Assembly (NCBI GenBank): GCA_021613535.1
Contig: CP075492.1
Coordinates: 20,026,001-20,090,000 of the forward strand
Reading direction: 5' to 3'
DNA from: Adineta vaga
Taxonomy: Eukaryota > Animalia > Rotifera
Length of the DNA: 64,000 bases
The notes beneath the pieces are model-generated. The model had not been told where the DNA came from and ran no database searches. It was given only the letters and a program-made list of their open reading frames with translations. Both the position numbers and the translations under genes were made by a program. The first letter of the stretch is position 1. Each line of letters starts with the position of its first letter. Shown here in pieces: positions 38,118-50,490 of the stretch.

Positions 38118-40832
38118 ATGTGGCTAACATTCATTTGGTCTCTTGTCTACTTGGTAACAATCAATGATCTATTTTCAGGAAGACACACATCTTTCATCGA
38201 TAGTCTTACGACCATGCCAATACCTATTCTAGATAATAAGTTTGAGCAAGTCATCGCTGAACGTTATCTGTTTGCTCCGTTTGCAAATGAATCGACTGCT
38301 TGGCGTGTTCTCAGCAATATTCAGAATGCATGGCAAAGTGCTCCATTACCGCGCTATCACTCTCAAGCTGCCGAAGGCGTTTGGTTACTAACTCAATCTG
38401 TTAATAAAGGGCAAGATGCGGATTTAAGAACTTCGACACTACAAATGCATTGGATGTCTTTGTCTGCTAATGGTACTTTGATAGTTTTATCTGATATCCA
38501 CGTAACGAGCAATGCCAGTTTTTTGATCACATCACATAATGCAAATACTGCTTTAGAGTACACAGCTGCTCTCATTTCGCCTCATAGCGTGCAATTAATT
38601 TTATGTAACCGATCAGATGCTAGTTCGTGTAAAGTTACACGAACCATACTTTTTCCTTCTTCCCTTTTCAATACCACGAAAATAGCAGGCGGTTTATTTG
38701 TGGAAGATTTGGGTGCTAGGGGATGGTTGTATATTGCTGCAGATTCGGGACTACACGGGCTAGATTTATCGACATTTATGATCAATCCATTTCTCAATGC
38801 AATCAATGTGTCTGTTTCCTCTTTGGCATGGAGTTCCAACCGACAGACAATATTTGCTGGTACTGAAACGAAACTTTGGATTCAATCTTACGGTGTTGGT
38901 AATCAAGATTGGCGTTTTGAACATATCACGGGTCTCATTGATGCGCCGATTACTTCTCTAGTATATAACAATGTGCAAGACAAATTATGGATTGGACAAA
39001 GTACCGGAATAACTCTTCTTTCACCGATTATGATGTCAACAGGTCAGCTTCATTGGTTTTTTTCTCGATTGGCAGGACAAATCTCTAATCCTGGATCAGA
39101 TATCGGTCATCTTCCATTTTCAAATATTACTGTTCTGAGCGTCAGCCAATCGATGGTACTTGACGGTCGTGTATGGCTAGGTGCTTTACGTGGAGTAATG
39201 CGATTCGATTCGAACAGTAGCGATATCAATGCTTGGCGTGTTTTTAATAGTGCCAGATATATGCCGAATCGTGAATCGTTAGTTTATGTATCTTCGCTGG
39301 CTGTTCTGAGTCGTGCGAGTGATGCTCCTCCTGATCTAGGTAGTGCTGCAGTAGCAGTCACAGAGAAAGGTCTCGCTATTCTTCGTTTTGAGATGTGGAC
39401 ATTGTCACAGAAAGCGGATCATTTTCAAATGATCGTCGATCAGCCAGGAAGACATGAAAAAAATGGATTTATTTCTGACTGCTCTATGTCATCATGGGGC
39501 GATAGTCGTACTTGTATGAAAGAACCAGATGATAATGATGGTCTTTGGACATCAATGTATCTGGGTAGTCAGATCTTTCGGTATGCTGTAACGCAAGACG
39601 CAGCAGTTAAAGCGCAAGCTTGGAAACACTTTGAAGCAATGGAACTTCTCAATAAAGTCACAGGTGGTAACATATTGACTAGAAGAATATTTACGGACAA
39701 TTTTGATTAATGTACGCGTTTTTTTACATTTTCTGTAGGTATTCCTGGTTATCCTGCTCGTTCATTCGCAAAGCGCAGCGACTTTCTGACGAATATTCCA
39801 TGGTATCCTTCTCCTGTGTATGCAGATCTTCAGTTTGAAGGTGATACTTCATCTGATGAAATCTGTGGGCATGAGTTCGTTTATCCTCTCGTACATGACT
39901 TATTGGCTAGTAACGATGACGAACGAAAAAGAGCTTACACACTTGTTTTCAATATCACCAATCATATCTTGACTCATGACTGGTATTTGTTTGGTGAAAA
40001 TCACAATCGTACTACATGGGGCTATTGGAATCCTATCCAAATAAACGATGACAGTCGCTACCAAGAAGATCGAGGTATAAGCAGTCTTGAGATACTCGCT
40101 TACCTACTTCAAACATATGGTTTTAGTGGTGATGAGCATTTTCTCGATGGTGCCAATCTGCTTATGAAATCCTACAAATATGACGTCAATCTTATTAATC
40201 AGAAGATGATTGCTGTTTGTGCTAGTGAATTCGAATATGCTTTACCGACTTTCAATTATGATGAACTGGCCTATTTATCTTATTTTAATCTAGTCTATGC
40301 ATTCCACACAATTGCTTCTTCAGCTAGTCTATCTACGGATCAAAAGACACGCGCACAATCACTCATTGACAATTTATGGGAATACATGGGAATAGGATTA
40401 GATCTTTCACACAATTATAAAAAAATGGAAAAAACTCCATTTTTTAATTTCATCTATTGCTATGCCAGTGATCAAATCAATCAAACCCGAAATTCGCATA
40501 ATAACAAATTTCATGGATTGAATACTAGAGCTTTCCAGCACGATTGTACCACATTATCGAATGACGGTGTATGGCATTTACAGCGTTGGCCATTGGAATT
40601 GATTCAATGGCCACAATTCAATAGTGATCGTCTAGATGTACAAATCAACGTGCCCGCGCAATGCTATCAACCGCTCAAGTCATTACAAACATTACCTCCG
40701 GATGAACGATTTAATAAAGACTTGAATCGAGGAGTTTACGATTTAGATGGTGGAGATGGATTTATTGAAACTGATCCAACTAACTTTCTTTTGGGTTATT
40801 GGGGGATGCGTTATTTCAATTTGCTTCAATAA
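38118..40832 (+). CDS. Large secreted protein (propeller-like N-terminus, helical C-terminus), bacterial-like
   Basis: Signal-peptide-like start. A 75-bp GT-AG intron at 39664-39738 joins two ORFs in frame to give 879 aa. Motifs DNDGLWTSMY, GDTSSDE..GH and WGYWNP. Confidence 0.8.
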
Positions 40833-40891
40833 ATTTAGGATTAATGTGAGAGCGAGTTTAAAAATATGTCTTCGATAGAAAAATAGAAGAA

Positions 40892-40944
40892 CGAGGGTGT
40901 AGATGTGATAAACATGTTGTATCCTCACCGACACTCACACCCTT
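40892..40944. repeat. Inverted telomere-like palindrome
   Basis: CGAGGGTGTAGATGTG...CCTCACCGACACTCACACCCTT. Confidence 0.75.
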
Positions 40945-41395
40945 CGGGACAATGACGATACTTTTAATTATATTTTAGCCAAGTATTATCCATTTCATGA
41001 TGAGTAAAGAGTAACAGAAAAAGTACAACAAATCGTTTGATCTATTCATATGGATACAAATTTGACTTTTTTTTTGTTTTCTTTTGATTTTGTTGATTGA
41101 TTCTACGCTATGTAATTATACAAAATAATTTTTACATTTTCGATATCATCATAATTAAATGAAATGACGCCATTCTCTTTCTTTTCTCATTTAAATTTTT
41201 GTCTCATAATATATTATTTGAACCCGAACAAAAGATAACATTTCACCTGTATTTCTATGTTTTTCAATTATAGTTAATTTATAGAACAGAATATTACATC
41301 GTATATTTCTTGTTGCACAGTTAATAAACTATAGTTATATATCAAAATAAAAACACAATATATACATTTACTTGCATATTTCATATAAAAAAAGA

Positions 41396-41629
41396 ATGTT
41401 TGAATCGGCCAACGAGAAATCTTTAACATATCGAACACTTAGAAATGATGGTGCATTTGGTATGAATTTCGATTATGAACCTACAATAACAGTTATTGTT
41501 CATTGGACACCAGAATTTGGTATGGCTTATCAACAATTTATTAATAGTACTATGGGAGGTATGGGTGGTTTTCCTATGGGTGGTATGGGATCGATGAATA
41601 GTTATGGTGCATATGGAAGTGGAATATAG
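41396..41629 (+). other. Short coding-like fragment with a Gly/Met-rich tail
   Basis: ...TMGGMGGFPMGGMGSMNSYGAYGSGI*; no clear 5' part. Confidence 0.35.
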
Positions 41630-41730
41630 TTTTTTGAACGAACAAAAATATTACTAGGATGTAGTGTGAATTTGGATGTGAAAAGGATTTTTCTATCTTT
41701 TCTTCATTCATATTGAAATAATATATCTAA

Positions 41731-41789
41731 TCTTGAGGATGGGGGTGTACATACTACTATCACTCTCACCCTCTTCCACACCCTCAAGA
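41731..41789. repeat. Inverted telomere-like palindrome
   Basis: TCTTGAGGATGGGGGTG...CACCCTCTTCCACACCCTCAAGA. Confidence 0.85.
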
Positions 41790-41905
41790 ATTACCTTGAT
41801 GAATATCTTCTCATGATATTTTTATATTCACGAATGACTTTTTCAAATGCTTGTTTATACACAGTTGATGATAGAATACATAGTGCGAATGTAAACAAAG
41901 TTGGA

Positions 41906-41964
41906 AGGGTGTGGGTCAGGCTATACTCTTAACTCCTCACACTCACCCACCCACATCACACCCT
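41906..41964. repeat. Inverted telomere-like palindrome
   Basis: AGGGTGTGGGTCAGG...CACACTCACCCACCCACATCACACCCT. Confidence 0.85.
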
Positions 41965-42480
41965 GATTCCAGTACATCGACTAAGGCAGTGCATGAGGAG
42001 AAGCTCCGCCATATTGAAATGTCGCCTGTTCGATAGACTGATGTTACGTCTGATTTAATACCTCGATAAACAGTTCCATGATGAGACGGCATGCGTGCGT
42101 GTGCAGCGTGAAAGAGCCGAAAGTGGAGAAACCACGGCTTCAATTTGTTTCGATCTTCATCGCGAAGAGTTTCATTGAAAACAAAATAAAGACATTGGTT
42201 ATGAGGCTCCCATTGAATTGATTATAAAATGATAGACGTCGATTCATCTTGTGTCAAACCATCAGCGGGTTCGCTTGCGAATCGCTGTCGAGCCACATAG
42301 ACATAATCTTTGATTTCAGGTAGTAAAGACACAAGTGGTTCTACAGCCTCTTCGAGTGTCACCAGAGACATTTTATCATAACCATAAATGGGAGGGGGAC
42401 ATGCACCGCTTGCCTGTTATTTCAATGTCAGAGATGCGGTGAATGTACTGTGCGCCTTCTTTTTCACCGTCTGTAGCCAT
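41965..42480 (-). pseudogene. Arg-specific mono-ADP-ribosyltransferase gene, 3'-truncated
   Basis: ATG at 42480 and an early frameshift, then LEEAVEPL, GLTQDES, LKPWF, TVYRG and WRSFSSCT. It ends at the palindrome before the catalytic ExE. Confidence 0.8.
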
Positions 42481-43302
42481 ATCGAATCGTAAGTGATCTT
42501 TAATAATTCTGTGCGAATCAGATATCTATATCGATAAATAAAGTTCATTCTTATTATTATCAATGTTTGCTGTTCGGCGAAGCAACTTGTTTAAAGATGC
42601 ATTTGACTTTACCTATATGAAATCAAATTATCCACAAATTAGAGCATTCGAAAACTCTCATACATCCACTTTTTCATTGCGCTAAAATTGAAACAACGTC
42701 TATCTAACTCTCAGAAAGAAATACCATTGAAAAGATAGACTATAATTAGAAGAAAAAAACATTGAATTGATATTTACCTCCACTTTTCTTATATATTGTC
42801 GCCTTTATGTTCTCTCAGACGTGATTTATTCAGATATATATGCTTTGTTCTCTTTCCCCATTCGAATTGCACAATTCGCTTCCAGTGTCTGCATTTTGTT
42901 ACATCGACACGTGTTCGGGTATGATGTTCTGTTATTGTGTGCCGTTCTTTATCGTGAGGATGTAGGTACGTCAAACAAACTACAACGTATTTCGACGTTG
43001 CTAAAGGATCTCAGCAGGTAGCACATTATGAATGTGAAAATTCTTTTATATGTTATAAGGTTTAAAACAGAAAAGCTGCAAAAATTCTTGAAAATTAAAT
43101 GGAAGATTACTCAGTTTACAACATGTCCGCGCATCTGTTCTATGGTATGTGTCTAAATAAAAAGTATGACTAGTGTAGCTTTTATCTTTTGTATAGATTA
43201 TATGGACTTGATCGCTCGTATAGACTGGAGGTGTCAGTTCTGAGTTCCGTTTCTAGGAAACCGGAACCCTCGAATGTGTTCCGTTCTAAAAAAACTTGAA
43301 CC

Positions 43303-43371
43303 CTTGAGGGTGTGGGTGTGGATGTGAGTACTCCTATCTTCTGTCACTCGCACATGCCCACATCCTCAAGA
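43303..43371. repeat. Inverted telomere-like palindrome
   Basis: CTTGAGGGTGTGGGTGTGGATGTGAG...CACATGCCCACATCCTCAAGA. Confidence 0.9.
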
Positions 43372-43543
43372 TACTTTTTACACATCTTACTAAATATATT
43401 AAGATAAAGATTAATTTATTAATAAAATGTTTTCATAAACGAGTATGTGAGAAAGAAAACACATTGGCAAATACCTTCAAGAAGTGAATAAAAGAAAAAA
43501 CAATACGAGAATAAGTTTTTTATCGTTTTACTGAGTCAATCCA

Positions 43544-45559
43544 CTACTCAGATTCCAACTTAGTGGATGATGTCTGTATAATGTCCGATGTAGGTTCGCT
43601 ACCAGTACAGTTGTTCTCAAGATCACCAAAAGCTAATTTATGAAAGTCTTGTGCACCAGTATAGTCCCCAGTATCTATGCAATCTTGTTTCACTTTTAAA
43701 CAGTGTTCTCGCCTTTTGTGACGATCTTTCAAAGAATTAGATAAGCCTTTTAAGCGACGGATTCGAGATTCTTGTTGACGATAATTATCACCAAGCTGAG
43801 GCAGAATAGAAACTAAACTTTTCGCTTCATTTGGTTCACAATAAATATCTTCATTTACATGCAAAATTTTTAAGATCTCTGGTGAATTACGTAATTCATT
43901 ATTACGAGGAAGAAAGAAACCAATCTTGTTAAGTATCAATGCTGATTGTTTAAAGTTTTCTTTTGATAAATGGTCACGAGTGTAATTATAATGATCTCGA
44001 ATGAGAATATGATAATTTTTCTCAATATTTTGTGTTCGAGTCATTGTCGCATATATTTCAGCAATCTCTTTTCCATTTGGTTGTTCAAGTAATTGTTTAA
44101 GATGTTCTTGAGCTTTTTCGTAAAGATATCGGTCTGCCAAAAGAGAGATGATCACATGCATTTCTCCCATATTATATTTCATCTTCATTAAATCAAAGCA
44201 ATAATATTCAATATATTTCTTGACCATAATATTGATTTCGGATGTACCTATCATATGAATTACCCATCTTCCATCTGTATCTTGTTTAATATTTGTTACG
44301 CGAAAAATTGAACCAATATCAATTAATACTTCCAATTCGTCAGAAATGTGACTATGCCGAGATATATCAGCAAAAATGAAATTTTTACCTAATATAAACG
44401 CATCACATTCGATTTGAAAAATAATGGCTGCGTTACCAACGATATCGTTCGTGAGACCTGAGAAAATTTCGGCGACAGTTCTTGATCGACTGGTAGAAAG
44501 AAAACCATTGATTGAAATGAATTCACCGTTTACGTTTTGGAATTTTTCTACTTCTTCAATTGGTACATTCATTCCTCTATAAACAATAATTGTGCCTTCC
44601 TCTATCAAATGTTCATGTTCACGTGCAAGACAATTTCTTAAATCCATGATAAAGCTTAAAAATGGCTTTATCAAGTCATAATTACCAGTACGAAGCGCTT
44701 TGTTTAATAGTTGAGAAGGAAAATCTAATGCTGTATACCAACTAATAGCATCATCTGATCGATAATTTTGTTTGAAATTATCAATTTTTTCAAGCATAGA
44801 TTTATTGCAACGATAATAAGTTCGAGCAAAACTAATAAGATCATACTTCTTGTAAAAAGTATTTCTTTTATCGTCAGAACGATCGGATATTTGAGCAGCT
44901 TGAATAAACATTTGTAACCAAAGAAATTCACCAAATTCATAGATTACATCGAATTTTGATTCAGACTTATTGAAATCACGATGCATTTGGAAATATTTGT
45001 CTATTTTTTTAACGACAGAGTCCAGAATAACCGTAGTTGAATAGAGATTATCGTATATACCAACAATAGTTGAATATTTATCTTGTTCGAAATGTACATT
45101 TTTGTCATTCATAAAATAGATTAGAACAGAATCGATACACCGTTGTTTAGTAATACGAGAAAGAAGCTTTTCTGCTACTTCGATTTCTACAACAAGTACA
45201 ATTATATTATCTTCAATGGAATTTATATCATTAACACATTGCTCAATATCAATATAATGACAAACAAAATCATCTAGGTGAATATCTTTACGTAATTTCT
45301 CATCAATATTTTCGAAATTTGGATCAAACCATATTAAAATGAACGTTTCTTCATTTTCAATATTATTATTTTTCTTAAGATTCCCATATCTCCATGTATG
45401 CAATGGACATCGAGTACTAAGAAATTTTTGTATACACACCGGAACAACTCGAGTCTTTGGTAATAATTGCTGATATACTGGGCTTGTAGTTAGTGTCCTA
45501 GAAACAAAATAAAGGATGAAGATAGGAGTGTAATTGACGACAGAATATTTCATATTCAC
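43544..45559 (-). CDS. ART-domain (R-S-E) protein with a degenerate TPR-like tail
   Basis: AISWYT, LNKALR, VYRG, NGFLSTS and DELEVL motifs. The true start may lie further inside the ORF. Confidence 0.8.
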   Translation of the reverse strand: MNMKYSVVNYTPIFILYFVSRTLTTSPVYQQLLPKTRVVPVCIQKFLSTRCPLHTWRYGNLKKNNNIENEETFILIWFDPNFENIDEKLRKDIHLDDFVCHYIDIEQCVNDINSIEDNIIVLVVEIEVAEKLLSRITKQRCIDSVLIYFMNDKNVHFEQDKYSTIVGIYDNLYSTTVILDSVVKKIDKYFQMHRDFNKSESKFDVIYEFGEFLWLQMFIQAAQISDRSDDKRNTFYKKYDLISFARTYYRCNKSMLEKIDNFKQNYRSDDAISWYTALDFPSQLLNKALRTGNYDLIKPFLSFIMDLRNCLAREHEHLIEEGTIIVYRGMNVPIEEVEKFQNVNGEFISINGFLSTSRSRTVAEIFSGLTNDIVGNAAIIFQIECDAFILGKNFIFADISRHSHISDELEVLIDIGSIFRVTNIKQDTDGRWVIHMIGTSEINIMVKKYIEYYCFDLMKMKYNMGEMHVIISLLADRYLYEKAQEHLKQLLEQPNGKEIAEIYATMTRTQNIEKNYHILIRDHYNYTRDHLSKENFKQSALILNKIGFFLPRNNELRNSPEILKILHVNEDIYCEPNEAKSLVSILPQLGDNYRQQESRIRRLKGLSNSLKDRHKRREHCLKVKQDCIDTGDYTGAQDFHKLAFGDLENNCTGSEPTSDIIQTSSTKLESE

Positions 45560-45619
45560 AAGTCACATCTTCAAATATTAAATCATGTGCATAAATCATA
45601 CACTTACTGCATAACTTCC

Positions 45620-47964
45620 ATGTTTTGACGCTGAAATTGTACTATAGATCGATTTAAATTTCTTTTTAATTGAATGATTTCAGTTTTGAGTTGTTCGTAG
45701 GCATATTCAAAGTCACATTTACTAAAATCTATGTGTAAATTATAAATGAGATTTGTTTGATACCAGTCAATTGATTGAGAAGAATATTTAAAAAAAAATG
45801 GAATTATATAACATTGTTGTTCGAAAATATATTGAAGTTCGTTTTGATAATGAATATTTTGAACATAAGAATCAGAAAGACATAGAAGAACAATCTAAAT
45901 ATATTGATATAAAATTAATCTATTTACTTTTAAGATAAAATACATTAGAGTTCATTGTGTTCTCTTCGGCTTTATTCTTTGATTCATGACGTCGATCTAG
46001 ACCAAGTCGTACTTGAAAACCATCTTTCATCAATTGATTCTTTATTAAATAACAGATGTTTTGATCAACAGAAGAATAACTAAGTAAAACATAGTAATTT
46101 ATATCATTTTGTGCATTATGAGAAACAATCGGAGCGATATCTTCTTTCTTTTCGTCTTGCAATGTATCTAATTTCTGTAATAGCTCTTGAGCTGTTCGTT
46201 GCAGATTTATTTCAGATGATGTCAAAAGTTGTTTTTTTACATAATATAAAAATAAATAATTTTGTTGCAAAATACCACAAACTTTCTTGTTTGAAGTCAT
46301 CTTAACAAGAATTTCTAAAACATATTGACGTTGACATTGCATCATTGATATCATTTTAGAACGACTATCCATAATCTGATCAATTAAAGGTATCAGCGTT
46401 GTCTTTTTGTTTGTTTGCATATTAATATCACCTTCAGAAATAAAATCTAAATATTCAATAAAACAAAAATATATTTTATTTAAAGTGAATTTAAGATATA
46501 TATACTTTTGAATGGAAACCTATTGACAAGATATTCTAAAAATCTTTGACATTCACATTCTACCACTGAGATATCTTGAGAATTTCTGTTCATAATTAAA
46601 TCAACTAAAAATGTAAGATATTTCTGTTTGATTATTTCAATGATAATTTCATCGTTAGAAATCAGATCTAAATATTCAATAAAATAAATATATATTCTGT
46701 TTAAAGACAATTTTGATCTATACACACTTTTTAAGCAAGATAGAAAATATTCCGGTCGAAATTTCGAAAACATATGCATTGATGAACGGAAAAAATTTTC
46801 GAATAGGAATTTGACAATTTTTGCTGCGTTGGTCAATCGCTCTTGAATTTCATTATTGGACATTATAATTGATAAAAGACGATAAGATTGAAATTGAATT
46901 CTTTCAAATTCATTATTATCTAATATTTCAAGAAGTATTGGAATTATATCAATAGTTTTTATATAAAGTAATAATTCTGATTCAAATGTTAAATAAAACA
47001 TTTGTTCAATTGTATAACCAAGTAAGTCTTGATATTTTTCTTCTCGATTACAATTTAATTTATGAATTATAATCTTCAAAACGTCAATAAGTTGATAATT
47101 AATGTTAATATATGTTTGTCGAATTGCATGAACAATTGTTATACTTTGTAATAATAATATCACGCTTATAATTGGTTTAATAAGGATTTCTGAATAATTA
47201 TTTTCCATTAATTTTGTGAATTCAATCAATAAATTGAGATACACTTGATACATTTTTTCGAGAATTATTATTGAGATTTTTAAATAATCATTATGATCTT
47301 TTAGAAAACAAACGGAGTTTGGACATTCGATTAAATAGAAATTTTCTATATCATCAAGTTTTATTGTTAGATTTGTTGATTGAATTTTTCTAAATAAATG
47401 ATTCAATATATCGATATATGCTGACGAACATAAATATGCAGTAACTTTGTGTAAAGGCAATTTTTTTGACATTCTTAAGGACAATAGAGAAAAACTATAT
47501 CGATCTCCTTCTTTGCATATTGTATCGAGTAGAATATGACTGATAACATCACAATGTTTTTCATTTATTCGATAATAAACGAGAGCATCAAATAATGGTT
47601 GATAAAAAAATAAATCGCGTAATTGTGAAGGATTTCTATTAGCTTTTATTGAATAAAATTTTGCAAATAAAGTTATTAAATTAATAGAAATATTATTATT
47701 ATTATTATTGTTCTTTTTTAATAATTCAATTGTTGTATCTCGAAGAATAAAAATCAATGAATGATTAAAAATTATTAATTGAATTGATTCTTTTTCATTA
47801 AGATTTAATAGATTAATAACTATGGAATTAATATATTCAATATAATTATTATCATGTTTATTATTCTTTAAAACATTTAATTCATTGACAATTTTATTGA
47901 AATCATTTTGTAATGTTTCTCGAGTAATATTTTGTTCTGAATCACTGGTGAATATTGAATCCAT
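45620..47964 (-). CDS. Helical (ARM-like) repeat plus TIR-like domain protein, multi-exon, possibly degenerate
   Basis: Long helical ORF 46480-47964, then VLLSYSSVDQNICYLIKNQLMKDGFQV (TIR-like start) and SDSY...ELQY...IIPF in the next exon. Confidence 0.65.
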
Positions 47965-48650
47965 TATTATATTATATTGAATAAAAAACCTTTTTCGAAT
48001 ATTTATCTATTAAAATATAAACAAAATTAAGTAACATTGTTTATATTTTAAAAATGCAATTTGGATATGAAATCTACATTAATATCTCGACTAGATCAAA
48101 AAGTTATCTTATATTATACGTATGTTTTCAGTATAAGAAATCTAACAACTGACAAGATTATAAGAGAATTTATTTGTATTTTGAAAAAAAATATAAGAAG
48201 GTTTGTTACTGGTGAAAAACATCTGAAATTTTAATTGGAAAAATAACGAGATGTTACGAGAATATTTACTTTGTTATAATTACTTATGGACGAAAAAAAT
48301 AGAATTTGATTCAGAAGAAAAATAGAAAGATTTAATAACATTTTTTTTTATTTCAAGGACTAACAAGCAACAACTAGACATTTAAATAAAGATACCATTT
48401 TTTCATCGAGAATATTCAACAGCTGTTACATACAAACATTACAATTGTTTCTCTTTTTCAAATCTAAAAAAAATATATAATTGGACAGGAGAATTGTCGG
48501 TCTATATATAAGAAGTCATATTGAAATTAAAGATACTATAAAAGAAACTTTTTTCAAAAGTTATTATCGATCATATTGCATTGATCAAAGGGGATAAATC
48601 TAGAAATAACACGTTATTTTTCTCAATATTTAGAATATAATCCTTCATTC

Positions 48651-48692
48651 GAGGGTGTGGGTGGTAGTATTTTGTCACTCCGACACCCACCC
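48651..48692. repeat. Inverted telomere-like palindrome
   Basis: GAGGGTGTGGGTGG...CACTCCGACACCCACCC. Confidence 0.8.
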
Positions 48693-48777
48693 ATTGATAG
48701 CAGTATGATGATTGAATATCACTGATCATAATACGGATAATGATCATCAATCGTCTATACAAATAGCTTAAGTAATT

Positions 48778-49191
48778 GTGTTACTTATGTCTCAATTGCA
48801 AGCCTTGATAGACAAAGCACCTCGCCTATACTCATTGACTTTTTCCGGAAAGTCATCGCCAGATATAGCGAAATTAACAAGTAAATCAATTCGTCGACTT
48901 GATTTAAGCAACATCGAGACTTATTTCAACAAACCGGCATGTATCAGCCTATGTCATTCATCACTGGGTATTCAGTGTGAAGTTCTTTCGATCCAAACGA
49001 ACGATCGACAAAACATTCCCTATCTTGTCAAAAAAATGAAAAATCTTCGAGCATTATGTGTTAAGTGTAATGATAAATCAACAAAATGCCATCTATCCGG
49101 ATGGTTACGACAACGTCTACCACCGAATTGTTCTATTTCAGACGAAGAAAACTTTGCTCCTAGTGTTCGGGTTCAATTATGGATTCGATAA
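48778..49191 (+). pseudogene. Isolated C-terminal fragment of an F-box/LRR-like gene
   Basis: SIRRLDL, LGIQCEVLSI, MKNLRAL, WL..RLP and terminal LWIR*, like the LYIWINRI* end at 24910; no 5' part. Confidence 0.65.
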
Positions 49192-49373
49192 TACGAAACA
49201 TCATTGTTTCTTTAAATAAAAAGAACTTTTGAAAATATATTCATAATTCCGAATGATAAGTTCGGAAATTTTCATATCATCATACATTTTGTTAATGAAC
49301 TTTTGTTTCGCTTAGCTGGTATCCACGTGCACACCCAAAACTGATAATCTGGTTTTAAAGTCATCATCCAAGA

Positions 49374-49426
49374 AGGGTGTGGGTGTGGTCTGAGTTGATT
49401 GAAAAGTCAATACCCAGACCCACCCA
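49374..49426. repeat. Inverted telomere-like palindrome
   Basis: AGGGTGTGGGTGTGG...ACCCAGACCCACCCA. Confidence 0.8.
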
Positions 49427-49619
49427 GAGAAATCCAATTAAATCGATAGATGTGTTGATAACTACAAATAACTGGTGAACATTGATAAAAATAAACACTA
49501 TGATTGGTTTCATTGTATATTTCTTCGAGGAAAAGTTTAGCGAAAAATTCCACGATTTTTGTTGAGGAGGAAAACGAGTTGGGAGCGATTGATTAAGAAT
49601 ACCAATGTTTATTTTCTTC

Positions 49620-50490
49620 GGATATGGCTGAAAGAAGAATATCTAAACATAATTGATTATAAAAACATTCTAATGTTGATGAAAATGTTGCTTGAATTGG
49701 TAAACAATTAACAATGAGATCAGTTAAAGTCTCATCAGATTTGATTTTATTCAAATCACAAATCTTTAAATTTTTTCATAGAATTGGATAAATAAATATT
49801 TGCTTTCATGTTTTTATTAGCGCCATTAATGAATATCTTATCTTCTTCTAGAATAACAATATAATTTATTAATAATCCTAATATAAATTGATTTGATCGT
49901 GTCATTTCATGTATAAATGTATAGTTGATTGAATCATCAAATTTGAAGCTATACTTTGACGTAATAGATCGAAAGAAGCTTGAACTCTTGTTGTTAGAAC
50001 TATTTTACTCAATATCATCGTATCAATTTGAAAGAGAGAATTGTACAATTGATTAAAGTTTTCTTCTATAACATTATTTGAGCAATAACAAAGTGTTCGA
50101 ATCAATTTTGCCATATAGCACTTAAACTTGTTCGGATATCACTGGGTATAATATCGATGAACGATCGATATTAAACAGAAAATCGATCCATTTTTGATCA
50201 ATTAAATTATTTGAACATATCTAATGAAATTTTGGTCTTATTCAAATGAAATTACTATAAGTTATAGATTCTTTTCTACAGAAATATTGTAAATTTATAT
50301 ATTTATTTTGAAGATTTTTGTAAACAATTTCATTTTGTACGATAATTGTTTTCTTCTCAGTTGGATTTTGAATTCAACTATATGTTGTTTAGATAATCAA
50401 AGATATCATTAGAAGAACAATGTACAAACGAGTTGATAAAATCTGCTGTCGAATAACTAATGAATCTGATGATCTGATGTTAAATACATT
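49620..50490 (-). pseudogene. Relic paralog of the 61350-63905 family
   Basis: RQQILSTRLYIVLL resembles QRWATRIYILCL; LIRTLC follows; many stops. Confidence 0.55.
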
